A stretch of DNA of 39,003 nt from an uncultured bacterium (GCA_964442885.1 CAYUBC010000001.1:1-39003); one strand, 5' to 3'. Shown: positions 1 to 9,585, numbered from the stretch's first letter. Made by a program: numbers and translations. Notes: generated from the letters alone by a model not told the origin.

Positions 1-94
1 CAACACCACATCGGCTTCGCCCAAATCTTCGTAGGTTTGACCATCATCGTGACTGGTGTAAAAGGGACAAAAGGGTATTCGTTAGGACGGGAGC

Positions 95-2128
95 ATGGCT
101 CAAAACCGCGACAGATTGGGGCGATATTCCTACCAGGAGCCTGACCCACAGCCGGTTACACCAGAGTTGCCGGAATTGCCACAGCAATCTCCCACGGCTG
201 ATCAGGGGGCGGTTCCTCTCACCTCGACGAAGGTAAACCACTACGACCCGCTGGACGACCTGCGGCAGCAAATGGTGGTGGCCGAATCGTCATCAATAAG
301 CTCCTTTAAGCCGTCACTGCCGCCAGCCATCCTCTCGGTGACAAGACGACTGGCCAAAAGCTGGCCGATCTGGTCGCTGGCTGGTCTGACGGTGGTAACG
401 GGCATAGGCATCCTATCGGCGATTAGCCTGTTCCGAATTCCCAACCTGCCGAACTGTCGGGCTATTTTTTGGCCCACAGCCTCGGCCACAACCCGGCTCC
501 AGTGTGCCGAAGCCTACGCTGACCAGGGCACTGTGGATGGCTATGTGGATGCCATTGCCCTGCTCAACTCGCTGCCAGACGACCATCCCCTGCGTGGTGA
601 AATCAACCTGCGCATTGAGGAGTGGTCAGACAATATTCTGGACTTGGCGGAAAATGCCTTCCAGGCCGGGCAGCTTCAGGAAGCGATTGGTATGGCCCGG
701 CGCATTCCCCACCACACCGCCGCGGCTCAGGTGGTGAATGAGCGAGTAGGCGAATGGAACCAAATTTGGCAAGAAGCCGAAACTATCTACGAGGCCGCTG
801 AGGCTGAACTCAAGAATCTGGAGTTTCAAAACGCCTTTAGCCAGGCCACCCAGTTGCTCACGGTAGGCAATGACTACTGGGAAACCGTTAAGTACGACGA
901 GCTAAGCCGCAAAATTACCGCCGCTCGCGAAGACCTCAATAAACTCGGCCAAGCCAAGCGCCTGGCCGAAAAACGCACCCTGGCCGCCATGAAGGAGGCG
1001 CTGGAAATAGCCCAGGCCATCCCCAGCGAAAGCCCTATCTACGCCGAGGCCCAACGGTTAATTCGCAGCTTTGGCCAGGATTTGCTGCGCATGGCAGAAA
1101 CCGCTGTGGAAAATCGCGACGCGGATGGAGCCCGGCAAATGCTGGATGCCATTCCCAACCAGCTCAACCTGGGTGAGGAAATTGCCGATATGCGCACCAT
1201 CATTGATGCCAGCCAACTGGCCTGGCAGGGCGGCATTGCTGGCCTGGAAGGGGGGATTGTGAGACTCCAGAGTCTGGACGGCAATCGCCCTTTCTATGGC
1301 AAAGCTCAAACCCTGATGCGCCGCTGGCAGGACGAGGTAGAAGGGCGATCGCAACTGGAATGGGCGAGACAGGTTGCCTTGTCTAACACAGCGGCTGATC
1401 TGCGGGTCGCCATTGATGAGGCCCAAAAAATTTCCCGCAGTAACCCAGCCTGGCCAGAGGTAGAAGCGCAGATTAGCCGCTGGCGCGGGCAGATTGAAAC
1501 CACCGAAGATCGCCCCATTCTGGACGAGGCGCGGCAGTTTGCCCAGGCTGGTGATTTGGAGTCGGCCATTGCTACAGCCCGCCGCATTGGCCCTGGCCGC
1601 GCCCTCTACGACGAAGCCCAGGGATTAGTGGGCGGCTGGCGCAGCGAGGTGCAGCGGGCCGAGGATGGCCCCCTCCTGGCCCAGGCTCAGCAGTTGGCGG
1701 CGGCTGAGCGATGGCAGGAGGCGATCGCTGTGGCCTCGCGCATTGGCCAGGGTCGAGCGCTCTACGACCAGGCTCAAACCAACATTGCCACCTGGCGGGG
1801 GCAGGTAGAGGGGCTGGAGCAGTTGCAGCGAGCTTACCAGCTTGCTCAGCGAGGCACCGTCAACGGCCTAGTAGACGCTATTCAGGTGGCTCAGCAAGTT
1901 CCCAACACCAGCCCCCAGCGGGCCGAGGCGGCTCAAATTCTCAATCGCTGGAGCTTCGATTTGCTGCGCCTGGCCGAAAGTGAAGCCCGCACCAACCTCA
2001 GCCGCGCTATTGATATTGCCGCCGCCATCCCCCCCCAAACCGAAGCCTATGCCCAGGCCCAACTGCTCCTGCGCGAGTGGCAGGCCATCCCCGGAGCGAC
2101 AAACCAGGACGACGATGCTTACCGATAG
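95..2128 (+). CDS. Conserved cyanobacterial membrane-anchored alpha-helical repeat (TPR-like) protein, often auto-annotated as chromosome segregation ATPase
   Basis: 677-aa ORF. One TM helix (IWSLAGLTVVTGIGILSAISLF), then the PNLPNC..IFWP.AS...RL.CA motif and ~52-aa helical repeats (A...I...RALYD.AQ.....W). No Walker A motif seen. Confidence 0.75.
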   Translation: MAQNRDRLGRYSYQEPDPQPVTPELPELPQQSPTADQGAVPLTSTKVNHYDPLDDLRQQMVVAESSSISSFKPSLPPAILSVTRRLAKSWPIWSLAGLTVVTGIGILSAISLFRIPNLPNCRAIFWPTASATTRLQCAEAYADQGTVDGYVDAIALLNSLPDDHPLRGEINLRIEEWSDNILDLAENAFQAGQLQEAIGMARRIPHHTAAAQVVNERVGEWNQIWQEAETIYEAAEAELKNLEFQNAFSQATQLLTVGNDYWETVKYDELSRKITAAREDLNKLGQAKRLAEKRTLAAMKEALEIAQAIPSESPIYAEAQRLIRSFGQDLLRMAETAVENRDADGARQMLDAIPNQLNLGEEIADMRTIIDASQLAWQGGIAGLEGGIVRLQSLDGNRPFYGKAQTLMRRWQDEVEGRSQLEWARQVALSNTAADLRVAIDEAQKISRSNPAWPEVEAQISRWRGQIETTEDRPILDEARQFAQAGDLESAIATARRIGPGRALYDEAQGLVGGWRSEVQRAEDGPLLAQAQQLAAAERWQEAIAVASRIGQGRALYDQAQTNIATWRGQVEGLEQLQRAYQLAQRGTVNGLVDAIQVAQQVPNTSPQRAEAAQILNRWSFDLLRLAESEARTNLSRAIDIAAAIPPQTEAYAQAQLLLREWQAIPGATNQDDDAYR

Positions 2129-2391
2129 CTCTTCACTCGCTTATCCGGGCGCTGTTTGCGAATCCAGGCGATGAAGTTCTGCATTTGTGGGTGCGTTTGC
2201 AGTTTCTCTAAAGTGTTGAGTTCCTTAGCCAGGGTGTGGTTGTCGAACAGGGTGTGAATCTGCCGATGGCAGGGACGGCACAGCATCACTGTGGGGCCAG
2301 GGTCTTGCCGCCGCCGTTTGGTGTACTGACGGGGGGTGAGATGATGTTCCGTCAGCTCTGGCACCGGGCGATCGCACAACTGGCAAGGCAT
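2119..2391 (-). CDS. Small HNH endonuclease-family protein (YisB-like)
   Basis: CQLC...TEHHLTP...LCRPCHRQIH zinc-finger/HNH pattern; 90 aa. Confidence 0.8.
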   Translation of the reverse strand: MPCQLCDRPVPELTEHHLTPRQYTKRRRQDPGPTVMLCRPCHRQIHTLFDNHTLAKELNTLEKLQTHPQMQNFIAWIRKQRPDKRVKSYR

Positions 2392-2560
2392 AGGCTAAGG
2401 TAGTGAGGAGCAAGGCTAGGCGAGTGTTCTTATTTTCTCCCAAAAGTAAAATACTGGTCTGAGGTATCCCCTAACCTTGATGGGGTACCCTACCCTGGCC
2501 AGAATAGCTTTGCAGGTGTTGCGTTTGCTCAACCTGTGTATTGTTTCCTCAGAAATCACC

Positions 2561-2731
2561 ATGGCCCATACTAACCCCACGGTTACCCCCGTTATTGAGC
2601 GCCCCAAAGCCGGGTTTAGCGACTACGCCGAACGCTTAAACGGGCGTGCCGCTATGGTGGGCTTTGTAGCTCTGGTGCTGCTTGAGGTCGTGACAGGCCA
2701 GAGCCTGGTGACCTGGCTGGGGCTTCGCTAG
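2561..2731 (+). CDS. hli: High-light-inducible protein (Hli/SCP, single-helix chlorophyll a/b-binding family)
   Basis: 56 aa from ATG 2561; [16 protein letters not shown] motif. Confidence 0.95.
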   Translation: MAHTNPTVTPVIERPKAGFSDYAERLNGRAAMVGFVALVLLEVVTGQSLVTWLGLR

Positions 2732-2817
2732 GTCGGTCTAAGCCTTGGCGTTGAATATCTGCCGATGGCTCCCCTCTCAGGTTTTTCCCTGGTCGATCAA
2801 ACGCTGCGGTTCACCCT

Positions 2818-3171
2818 GTGGACAGGGTCTATGTTGAGTTAGGACTAAAACCCATTCGTTCTTTATTGAGAAAACAACCCATCCTCACCACAGTGCTAAT
2901 TGCTGGCACTGTCGATGGTTTTATGGGAGCCGTGGAAGATAATACCTCTCTGGCTTTGTTTGGCTTTCTTCTGGCCATGACCGGCCTTCTGGGACTAACC
3001 TTCAGCGTTGCCCAAAGAAGCCAGATCAACCACCTGGGGCCAGCCAACATTAACCGGCTCGACCTCCACCCCGTCGATGGCGACCGCATGGGTCATCAGC
3101 TCCCGCCTTCAGAACTCCCCTACTCAGGGCAGCCCGGTCAGCCCCAGGGGAGCAGCAGCCGGAGAGATTGA
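2818..3171 (+). CDS. Hypothetical membrane protein
   Basis: 117-aa ORF with two hydrophobic segments and a Pro/Gln-rich tail; start uncertain. Confidence 0.6.
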   Translation: MDRVYVELGLKPIRSLLRKQPILTTVLIAGTVDGFMGAVEDNTSLALFGFLLAMTGLLGLTFSVAQRSQINHLGPANINRLDLHPVDGDRMGHQLPPSELPYSGQPGQPQGSSSRRD

Positions 3172-3254
3172 GAATCATTTTGTAGTCTCTGACGCTGGCA
3201 GACCTGGCCAAAATGTTTTAGAACTATTAGCAGTTGTTCGCTTTAAGGTTAGCC

Positions 3255-3665
3255 ATGACGTTCAAAGCTCTCTCTAGTTTAGCGGCTGCCACTGCTGCTA
3301 CCGCTCTGGTAGCTACGGCTGCGGTTCCTGCCCTGGCTTGTATGCACAACAAGGCTATCAGCCCTGAAGTCACGACTTCCTTTGATGGCCCGGCTGGTTT
3401 TTCTGGCAACACCCCAGACTTAAACGCCCTTTCCAAGGCTGGCCTTGGTTTTGGTGCCATTGCGGCACTGCTAGCTGGCGGCACGGTGCTTTACCGCAAA
3501 CAGCGTCTAGCTAAGGCCGCTGAAGCAGATGCTGCGGCCATTTGGGCCGAAACCGATTTGGAATTCACGACCCGCACCGAGTCGGTGTTAGTGAGTGATG
3601 ACCTGGTGAATGCTGATGACAACCTAGAACACAATGCTCACCGTGACGAGATCTCGGTTCGTTAG
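3255..3665 (+). CDS. Hypothetical exported/membrane protein
   Basis: ATG 3255; signal-peptide-like N-terminus (..AVPALA), a TM segment followed by YRKQR, then an acidic tail; followed by a terminator. Confidence 0.65.
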   Translation: MTFKALSSLAAATAATALVATAAVPALACMHNKAISPEVTTSFDGPAGFSGNTPDLNALSKAGLGFGAIAALLAGGTVLYRKQRLAKAAEADAAAIWAETDLEFTTRTESVLVSDDLVNADDNLEHNAHRDEISVR

Positions 3666-3711
3666 TGAATTTAATTTAATTTAGTCAGGTTTCTCCTTGG
3701 ATACTGAACAG

Positions 3712-3739
3712 AAAAGGCTGGCCATTGGCCAGCCTTTTT
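3712..3739 (+). terminator. Rho-independent terminator (probably bidirectional)
   Basis: aaaaggctggcc-att-ggccagcctttt perfect hairpin flanked by A and T runs, between convergent genes. Confidence 0.85.
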
Positions 3740-3817
3740 ATTGCAATCTCCAGGTTGTTTAGGACTGCTGAGCGTACCAGGATGCTGGCGATAGAAGGAG
3801 ATCCAGCGTCCTCCTGC

Positions 3818-3906
3818 CTAGTGCAGCGTCAACCTTAAGAATTAGGGTGCCTTCGCGCAGCAATGCACCGCGAAGGGGCTAAATTTCAGTCTTGACAGAG
3901 CACTAG
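3818..3906. mobile_element. Putative MITE-like mini-element bounded by CTAG
   Basis: Both ends read inward as CTAGTGCnnnGTCAA (ctagtgcagcgtcaa / ctagtgctctgtcaa); central hairpin ccttcgcg..cgcgaagg. Confidence 0.5.
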
Positions 3907-4073
3907 GAGCTGTGGCAGCCGCAGCCCGTATGCCCGCAGCCCGCACCGTCGGGATGGCCATTCGCGCAAGCATCGCTGCAGTAGTAGTGGTCATTTTTCT
4001 GGATGGCGGTGCTGGTATCAACAACGCACAGGCAAGACTCACAGGCACATTTCATTTGGGTAACAGTGGTCAT
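3903..4073 (-). CDS. smtA: Bacterial metallothionein SmtA
   Basis: 56 aa MTTVTQMKCACESCLCVV...YYCSDACANGH...GCGHTGCGCH with the SmtA Cys/His pattern; divergent from smtB. Confidence 0.97.
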   Translation of the reverse strand: MTTVTQMKCACESCLCVVDTSTAIQKNDHYYCSDACANGHPDGAGCGHTGCGCHSS

Positions 4074-4102
4074 AACAGCCTCCCAAGGGGATAGAATAGC
4101 TA

Positions 4103-4128
4103 AACTCATGAACAGGCGTTCATGCTTT
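4103..4128. promoter_or_regulatory. SmtB operator (12-2-12 inverted repeat), site 1
   Basis: aactcatgaaca-gg-cgttcatgcttt in the smtA-smtB intergenic region. Confidence 0.8.
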
Positions 4129-4134
4129 AAGAAT

Positions 4135-4160
4135 AACACATGAATACCTGTTCAGATGTT
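4135..4160. promoter_or_regulatory. SmtB operator (12-2-12 inverted repeat), site 2
   Basis: aacacatgaata-cc-tgttcagatgtt, matching the smt/zia operator core TGAA-N6-TTCA. Confidence 0.88.
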
Positions 4161-4268
4161 GTTAGTTTGTGAATAGCCTGGTGCTTGATCTCGCTGGAAC
4201 CCTCTTTTCTTCGCATGTCCGTATTACCCACGGCGACATTACCCACGGAGATCGCTCTTAACCCAGTC

Positions 4269-4673
4269 ATGACCGATTATCATTCCCTTTCACCAGACGG
4301 GCCTGAGGCGCTAACCTCGCCTGATATTACCTGTGCCCAGCCTGGGGTAGTAGACGGCATCTTAAGCCTGGAAAAGGCCCAGCGCATGGCCGAGTTTTTT
4401 GCCGTGCTGGGCGACCCCAACCGCTGGCGGATCCTCTCGGTGCTGGCCTTGGGAGAGCATCGGGTGGGGGAACTGGCGGCAGCCGTGGCTATGAGCGAAT
4501 CCGCCGTATCGCACCAGTTGAGGATTCTCCGCACGATGCGGCTGGTCAGCTATCGTAAGCGAGGCCGCAACGTGTTCTACTGCCTGAAGGATCACCACAT
4601 TTTCAATCTCTATCGAGAAGCCTCCGAACACCTGGACGAGCCCCCTGAGGAGGGCGACTGGTCTGCAACTTAG
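4269..4673 (+). CDS. smtB: ArsR/SmtB family Zn-responsive repressor
   Basis: AQRMAEFF..LGDPNR, MSESAVSHQLR HTH and alpha5 site DHH...EHLDE; start could also be 4215 or 4185. Confidence 0.93.
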   Translation: MTDYHSLSPDGPEALTSPDITCAQPGVVDGILSLEKAQRMAEFFAVLGDPNRWRILSVLALGEHRVGELAAAVAMSESAVSHQLRILRTMRLVSYRKRGRNVFYCLKDHHIFNLYREASEHLDEPPEEGDWSAT

Positions 4674-4779
4674 GCTGTCAGCCGTTTTGCCATTACCGTG
4701 TAGGTAAAGGCAACTGGAAGGATAGACTAGTAGAGCCTGATGCACCCAGCCTGGTGTGAACGTTTACCTGGCCCAGTCT

Positions 4780-6117
4780 ATGACGGTTTCCTCCCTGCCC
4801 CAATCTCCTTTGACGGATGGCCTATCTCTGGTAGAACTCGCCCAGGCCACCCGGCAAGCGGCTCAGACGTTAGCCAGTGCCACCACAGCGGATAAAAACC
4901 GCGCCATTGAGGCTATTGCCACAGCCTTGGAGCAGCGAGAAGCGGCAATTCTGGCGGCTAACCAGGCCGACTGTGAGGCTGCCCAGCGCGACCACCTGGC
5001 CAAACCGCTCTATGAGCGCCTTAAACTCGATGTGGTGAAGCTGCAAGGGGCGATCGCGGGCGTTCGTGATGTGGCCAAACTGGCCGATCCCATCGGGGCG
5101 GTTCAAATTCGCCGCGAACTGGATGAGGGGCTGATCCTCAAGCGAGTCACCTGCCCGCTGGGCGTGCTGGGCGTGATCTTTGAATCCCGTCCCGATGCGG
5201 TGATGCAGATTTCCTCCCTGGCCGTTAAGTCGGGCAATGGCGTGCTTCTCAAGGGCGGTAAAGAGGCGGTTCAATCCTGCACGGCCCTGGTAGCGGCCAT
5301 CAAAGCGGGGCTAACCGCCGCCGGGTTTGACCCTGCCGCCGTGCAGTTGCTCACCACCCGCGAAGAAACCCAGGCTCTGCTGGCTCTGGATCAATACATC
5401 GACCTGATTATTCCTCGTGGATCCAACGCCTTTGTGCAGTTTGTGCAAAATAACACTCGCATTCCCGTGCTGGGCCATGCTGATGGCATCTGCCACCTCT
5501 ACATTGACCAAGCTGCCGACTTGGCCAAAGCCTGCGCCATTGCGGTAGATGCCAAGGCCGCTTATCCTTCGGCCTGTAACGCCATTGAAACCCTGCTAAT
5601 TCATCAGGCCATTGCAGCCACGGCCCTGCCCCAGGTGGCCGCAGCACTACAGGCCGTTGGCGTAACCCTGCGAGGAGATGACCTGTCTCGCCAGATTCTT
5701 CCTGACCTGGCCGCCGCCACCGAAGAGGACTGGGCCACGGAATACAGCGACCTGATTCTGGCCATCAAGGTAGTGGATTCCTTGGAGGCGGCCATTACCC
5801 ACATCAACACCTACGGGTCGCGCCATACCGATGCCATTGTCACCGAAGACCCAGACACCGCCGCTGAGTTTATGAATCGCGTCGATGCAGCGGGCGTATA
5901 CCACAACTGCTCTACCCGCTTTGCCGATGGGTTCCGCTACGGCTTTGGGGCAGAGGTCGGCATCAGCACCCAAAAAATGCCGCCCAGGGGACCAGTCGGG
6001 CTGGAGGGGCTAGTCACCTACAAGTATCAGGTTGTGGGCGATGGCCATGTGTCTGCCACCTACAGCGGTAAAAATGCCAGGCCCTTTAGCCATCGGGATT
6101 TGGGGCTGCCTTCTTAG
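4780..6117 (+). CDS. proA: Gamma-glutamyl phosphate reductase
   Basis: [53 protein letters not shown] motifs. Confidence 0.97.
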   Translation: MTVSSLPQSPLTDGLSLVELAQATRQAAQTLASATTADKNRAIEAIATALEQREAAILAANQADCEAAQRDHLAKPLYERLKLDVVKLQGAIAGVRDVAKLADPIGAVQIRRELDEGLILKRVTCPLGVLGVIFESRPDAVMQISSLAVKSGNGVLLKGGKEAVQSCTALVAAIKAGLTAAGFDPAAVQLLTTREETQALLALDQYIDLIIPRGSNAFVQFVQNNTRIPVLGHADGICHLYIDQAADLAKACAIAVDAKAAYPSACNAIETLLIHQAIAATALPQVAAALQAVGVTLRGDDLSRQILPDLAAATEEDWATEYSDLILAIKVVDSLEAAITHINTYGSRHTDAIVTEDPDTAAEFMNRVDAAGVYHNCSTRFADGFRYGFGAEVGISTQKMPPRGPVGLEGLVTYKYQVVGDGHVSATYSGKNARPFSHRDLGLPS

Positions 6118-6137
6118 ACAAATCGGCCCTAATTAAC

Positions 6138-6434
6138 TTAAAAGCGATCTTGCCATGACTTTGGAGCGCGTTTCCCATGGAAGCAAGCTATAACGGCAAT
6201 AGTCTCTTGTTCAAAAACATAAAGGATGCCATAGGGAAAACGTCGTAAGAGTGCCCGTCGAGCTTGTTGGTAGATTCGTGGATAGGCAAGCAGGTTACGT
6301 CCAATGTTAGACAAACAGGCATCCACGGCTCGAACAAACTCAGAGCCTAATCCAGGAGTTTGTGCTTCGTACCACTCAAAAGCCTCTTGAATATCCAGTT
6401 CTGCTTCGGGGCGGATAATGAGGCTATAGCTCAT
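6138..6434 (-). CDS. RelE/ParE family type II toxin
   Basis: 98 aa; PEAELDIQEAFEWYE...RRALLRRFPYGILY...IACFHGKR.P; 4-nt overlap with the upstream antitoxin. Confidence 0.9.
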   Translation of the reverse strand: MSYSLIIRPEAELDIQEAFEWYEAQTPGLGSEFVRAVDACLSNIGRNLLAYPRIYQQARRALLRRFPYGILYVFEQETIAVIACFHGKRAPKSWQDRF

Positions 6435-6658
6435 TGCAGAAAGCCTAATCGTTGCTTGACAGTTTCCCAGGCTGATCCGGCAGTGGGGTCTTGCTGATAG
6501 CGTTCCAAGCGGCGATCTAGTTCCTCTTTCTGGGCATCGGTGAGAGGTAATTCGTCCTGCCGCTCCAAAATGCTATCCCACAAGTCCTCAGCAAGCTGGA
6601 TGCGTTCAGCAATGCTGAGTTGGGAGATCTCGACTTTGAGGAGGGGGTGGTTGCTCAT
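6431..6658 (-). CDS. Addiction module antitoxin (TIGR02574-like)
   Basis: 75 aa; LSIAERIQLAEDLWDSI...ELDRRL...WETVKQRL; upstream of and translationally coupled to the toxin. Confidence 0.9.
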   Translation of the reverse strand: MSNHPLLKVEISQLSIAERIQLAEDLWDSILERQDELPLTDAQKEELDRRLERYQQDPTAGSAWETVKQRLGFLQ

Positions 6659-6856
6659 AGCGACACGTTTTTTGGGTCAATGCTTTGATTGTAAGACGGG
6701 GTTTCGTCGATACTGGTACACTGCGGCAGAAATAAGCCTGCCGTTCAGGAGCCTGAAACACTGACGCCCTAAGGATTTTTCACTTTGAATTTCGCATTTT
6801 GAACGCCGCATAGCGGCACTAGGTAACCTCGCGCAGCAAATATCTTCTAGCCAAAC

Positions 6857-7600
6857 TTAATTCCCAAACCCCGCATACCAAAAGTACGTGGCCATTGGAA
6901 TCACCGTGGCCAGCACCAGCAGCACAATGAGCAAAATGGCATTATTGCCGCGATTTTCTTCCGTAGTTTCAGCAGAGGTAAAGGTGCTTTCGCTTTGGGT
7001 ATCAAAGGACTCATCAAAAACCGGCGGGCCGGGGTCGTCTTGACCGCTCAGCACGGCTACCAGGCGGTCGGTAGCGGCCAAAAAGGACTGGTTGTACTTA
7101 TCGCCCTGAAGCAGGGGAATCAGCACGGTTTCCTGGGCAACGCTGGTGGCAATATCGTCAGGCAGCAGGGTTGCGGCTCCATCGCCAACGTGAATGCCAA
7201 CGGTTTTCGTCACCTCATCCAGCACGACTAGCACCTGGTTAGCCTGGGCTTCAGCGGTGGGATACCAGCGCTCAAACAGCTTATCGGTAAAGGTTTGCAC
7301 GGTTTCGCCATAGTCGAAGTGGCGAATAGTGACCAGGCGCACTTCGTTGCCTGTGGCCTCAGCCAGGTTGCTCAGGCGGCCTGAAATTTTGCCTTCGTTA
7401 ATGCGGCTGATAATGCCCGCATCATCCACCAGCCAGGTGTCTGACCCAGCGGCAACGGTGGGCAGTTGGAACACCGCGATCGCCTGTGCTGGCCCCACAG
7501 CCAGGCCCAATACCACTACAAAAGCCAAAGCAAGACCCACTACCCCGCGCCAGAGCGACTGGGTTAACGAGCCGTTCGACGACAAAACAGAAGTACGCAT
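6857..7600 (-). CDS. psb32: Photosystem II repair protein Psb32 (TPM domain)
   Basis: Signal peptide, TPM domain (EVRLVTIRHFDYGET..., GDKYNQ, DPGPP) and C-terminal TM ending ATVIPMATYFWY. Confidence 0.88.
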   Translation of the reverse strand: MRTSVLSSNGSLTQSLWRGVVGLALAFVVVLGLAVGPAQAIAVFQLPTVAAGSDTWLVDDAGIISRINEGKISGRLSNLAEATGNEVRLVTIRHFDYGETVQTFTDKLFERWYPTAEAQANQVLVVLDEVTKTVGIHVGDGAATLLPDDIATSVAQETVLIPLLQGDKYNQSFLAATDRLVAVLSGQDDPGPPVFDESFDTQSESTFTSAETTEENRGNNAILLIVLLVLATVIPMATYFWYAGFGN

Positions 7601-7678
7601 GGGTCAAATCCGCAGAAGAACAACAGAACCAGCCACCATAGAGGCGTGCCTGTTATTACTATACGGGGCTACGCAATC

Positions 7679-8644
7679 TTAGGGAACCAGCACCCGATTG
7701 CCCAGGGATCCGGGTGCCAAAACCTGCTGATGAGCCTGGGCGGCCATGTCCAGCGGCATCGCCTGACGCACAACTGGCGACAGGGTGCCGTTGCTCAAGC
7801 CTGGGTATAACTCCCGCTGAATCTGCGAGAGTATCTCCGGCGGTGTGCTGAAGAGATTGACCCCGGTGATAGAACTCTCCCGACTCATCAAGTCTCTGGG
7901 GTTAATTTCCACCGTTCCGCGACTGCCGACCACCACCACTCGGCCACCCGGTGCCAGCAGCGTCAGGTCGTGGCCCAGGTTGACGTTGGCCAGCATTTCG
8001 ATAATGCCCGTGACCCCGTGGCCCTCCGTGGCGGCCAGAATGTCATCCCGATAGGTGTCGCTGTGATGATCCAGCACCAGGGCGGCTCCCTGGCTAGCGA
8101 CTAGCTCTCGCCCGGCTGCCGTGCTACCAGTGCCAATCACCCGCATCCCTGCTGCCACCGCAAGCTGAACCGCCGCTAGCCCCACCGCTCCCGTGGCTCC
8201 GTGAATCAGTACCGCATCCCCGGCTTGAGCCTGAGCCTGATCAAACAGGGCGCGGTAGGCCGTGGAGTAGGGTACAAAAATACAGGCTCCCTGCTCAAAG
8301 GAGAGATTCGGGGGCAGAGGGAAAATCCACTCCGCCTTATACAGCGCGAATTGAGCGTAGGTGCCGGTAAGCGGCCAACCGCCATAGACGCGATCGCCCA
8401 CCTGCACCTGGCTCACCCCAGCCCCAACCGCCGCCACCACTCCAGCCCCATCGATGCCGGGTGTGTAGGGTAGCGCTGGCAGACGGGCATACGTGCCCGC
8501 CCGAATGTAGGTATCCACGGGGTTGACACCTGCCGCCCGCACTTCCACCAAGACCTGGGTGTCGGTGGTTATCTGCGGCAGTTCCAGGGTGGCCCACTGC
8601 AACACCGAAGGATCGCTAAATTGGGCGACGCGAATTCCCTGCAT
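7679..8644 (-). CDS. NADPH:quinone oxidoreductase (zeta-crystallin/MDR family)
   Basis: AAGVNPVDTYIRAG, PYTPG.D.AG, HGATGAVGLAAVQLA motifs. Confidence 0.92.
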   Translation of the reverse strand: MQGIRVAQFSDPSVLQWATLELPQITTDTQVLVEVRAAGVNPVDTYIRAGTYARLPALPYTPGIDGAGVVAAVGAGVSQVQVGDRVYGGWPLTGTYAQFALYKAEWIFPLPPNLSFEQGACIFVPYSTAYRALFDQAQAQAGDAVLIHGATGAVGLAAVQLAVAAGMRVIGTGSTAAGRELVASQGAALVLDHHSDTYRDDILAATEGHGVTGIIEMLANVNLGHDLTLLAPGGRVVVVGSRGTVEINPRDLMSRESSITGVNLFSTPPEILSQIQRELYPGLSNGTLSPVVRQAMPLDMAAQAHQQVLAPGSLGNRVLVP

Positions 8645-8646
8645 GG

Positions 8647-9585
8647 CTAACTTTGGTGCTGCAAGTCGTCGTAGGCGGCATAAACGCCCTGCACGTTGTA
8701 CCAGTTGAGGAACACCCTAGCTACTTCCAGAGCCAGTTGGGGCTTGCCCTGGTCAATCAGCCAGCGCAGCAGCGGTGCCAGGGTCTTTTCGTTCAGCCGT
8801 CCGCCCAGGGAGAGGGCTCCCCACAGCAGGCGGTGCAGCCAGGTCATTTGAATCATCATCCGCACTTCGCGGGTGGGGTGTTTCTGGTAGAACAGTACCC
8901 CCATGCGGCCCCGCTGAATTTCCTTGTCGATTAGCGCTGGCACATCGTCCAGGGAGAAGGGCGGATGCCAGTGGTAGCCCACCGCTTCTGGAACTTTGAC
9001 CAGAGACAGGCCCAGATTTTTGAGGCGCACGCCCAGCTCTAAATCTTCCCAGCCGTAGAGAGTGAACTGGGTATCAAACAAACCAGCTTTTTCGAGCCAG
9101 TGCTTGGCGATGGCCACGTTCCCCGTGGCAAAAAAGGCCTGGGAGTAGTCTGTAATTTTATACGGCTCAGAGGTTGGGTCATCAAAGTTCGCCGTGTTGA
9201 CGACGCGACCATAGGTAAAGCTGCGATCGTGGCCAGTTCTCGCCTGGGCTGCCTTGAGCGCCGAGGCGTGGGCCTGCAAAAACCCGTCTAATACCACCAG
9301 GTCGCTGTCGATGAAGATAATCGTATCGCCCTGGGCCATGTCAACCCCCAGGTTGCGAGCGGCGGCAGGCCCCTTGTGGTCTTGCTCGATCAACCGCACA
9401 TGGGGAAAATCCGCCTGGTTGTCTTGCAGCCAGGCCACGGTGCCATCGGTAGAGCCATCGTCCACGACCACAACCTCGTAGCCAGAGATGAGGGTATTGT
9501 CGTAGCGCTGCTGTTCCAGCGCCCGCAAGCACTTCTCTAAAATGGGCAGGCGGTTGTAGGTGGGTATAACAATGCTGAAAAACAC
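8647..9585 (-). CDS. Glycosyltransferase family 2
   Basis: SIVIPTYNR, VVDDGSTDGT, FIDSD, YGWEDLELG. Confidence 0.93.
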   Translation of the reverse strand: MFFSIVIPTYNRLPILEKCLRALEQQRYDNTLISGYEVVVVDDGSTDGTVAWLQDNQADFPHVRLIEQDHKGPAAARNLGVDMAQGDTIIFIDSDLVVLDGFLQAHASALKAAQARTGHDRSFTYGRVVNTANFDDPTSEPYKITDYSQAFFATGNVAIAKHWLEKAGLFDTQFTLYGWEDLELGVRLKNLGLSLVKVPEAVGYHWHPPFSLDDVPALIDKEIQRGRMGVLFYQKHPTREVRMMIQMTWLHRLLWGALSLGGRLNEKTLAPLLRWLIDQGKPQLALEVARVFLNWYNVQGVYAAYDDLQHQS

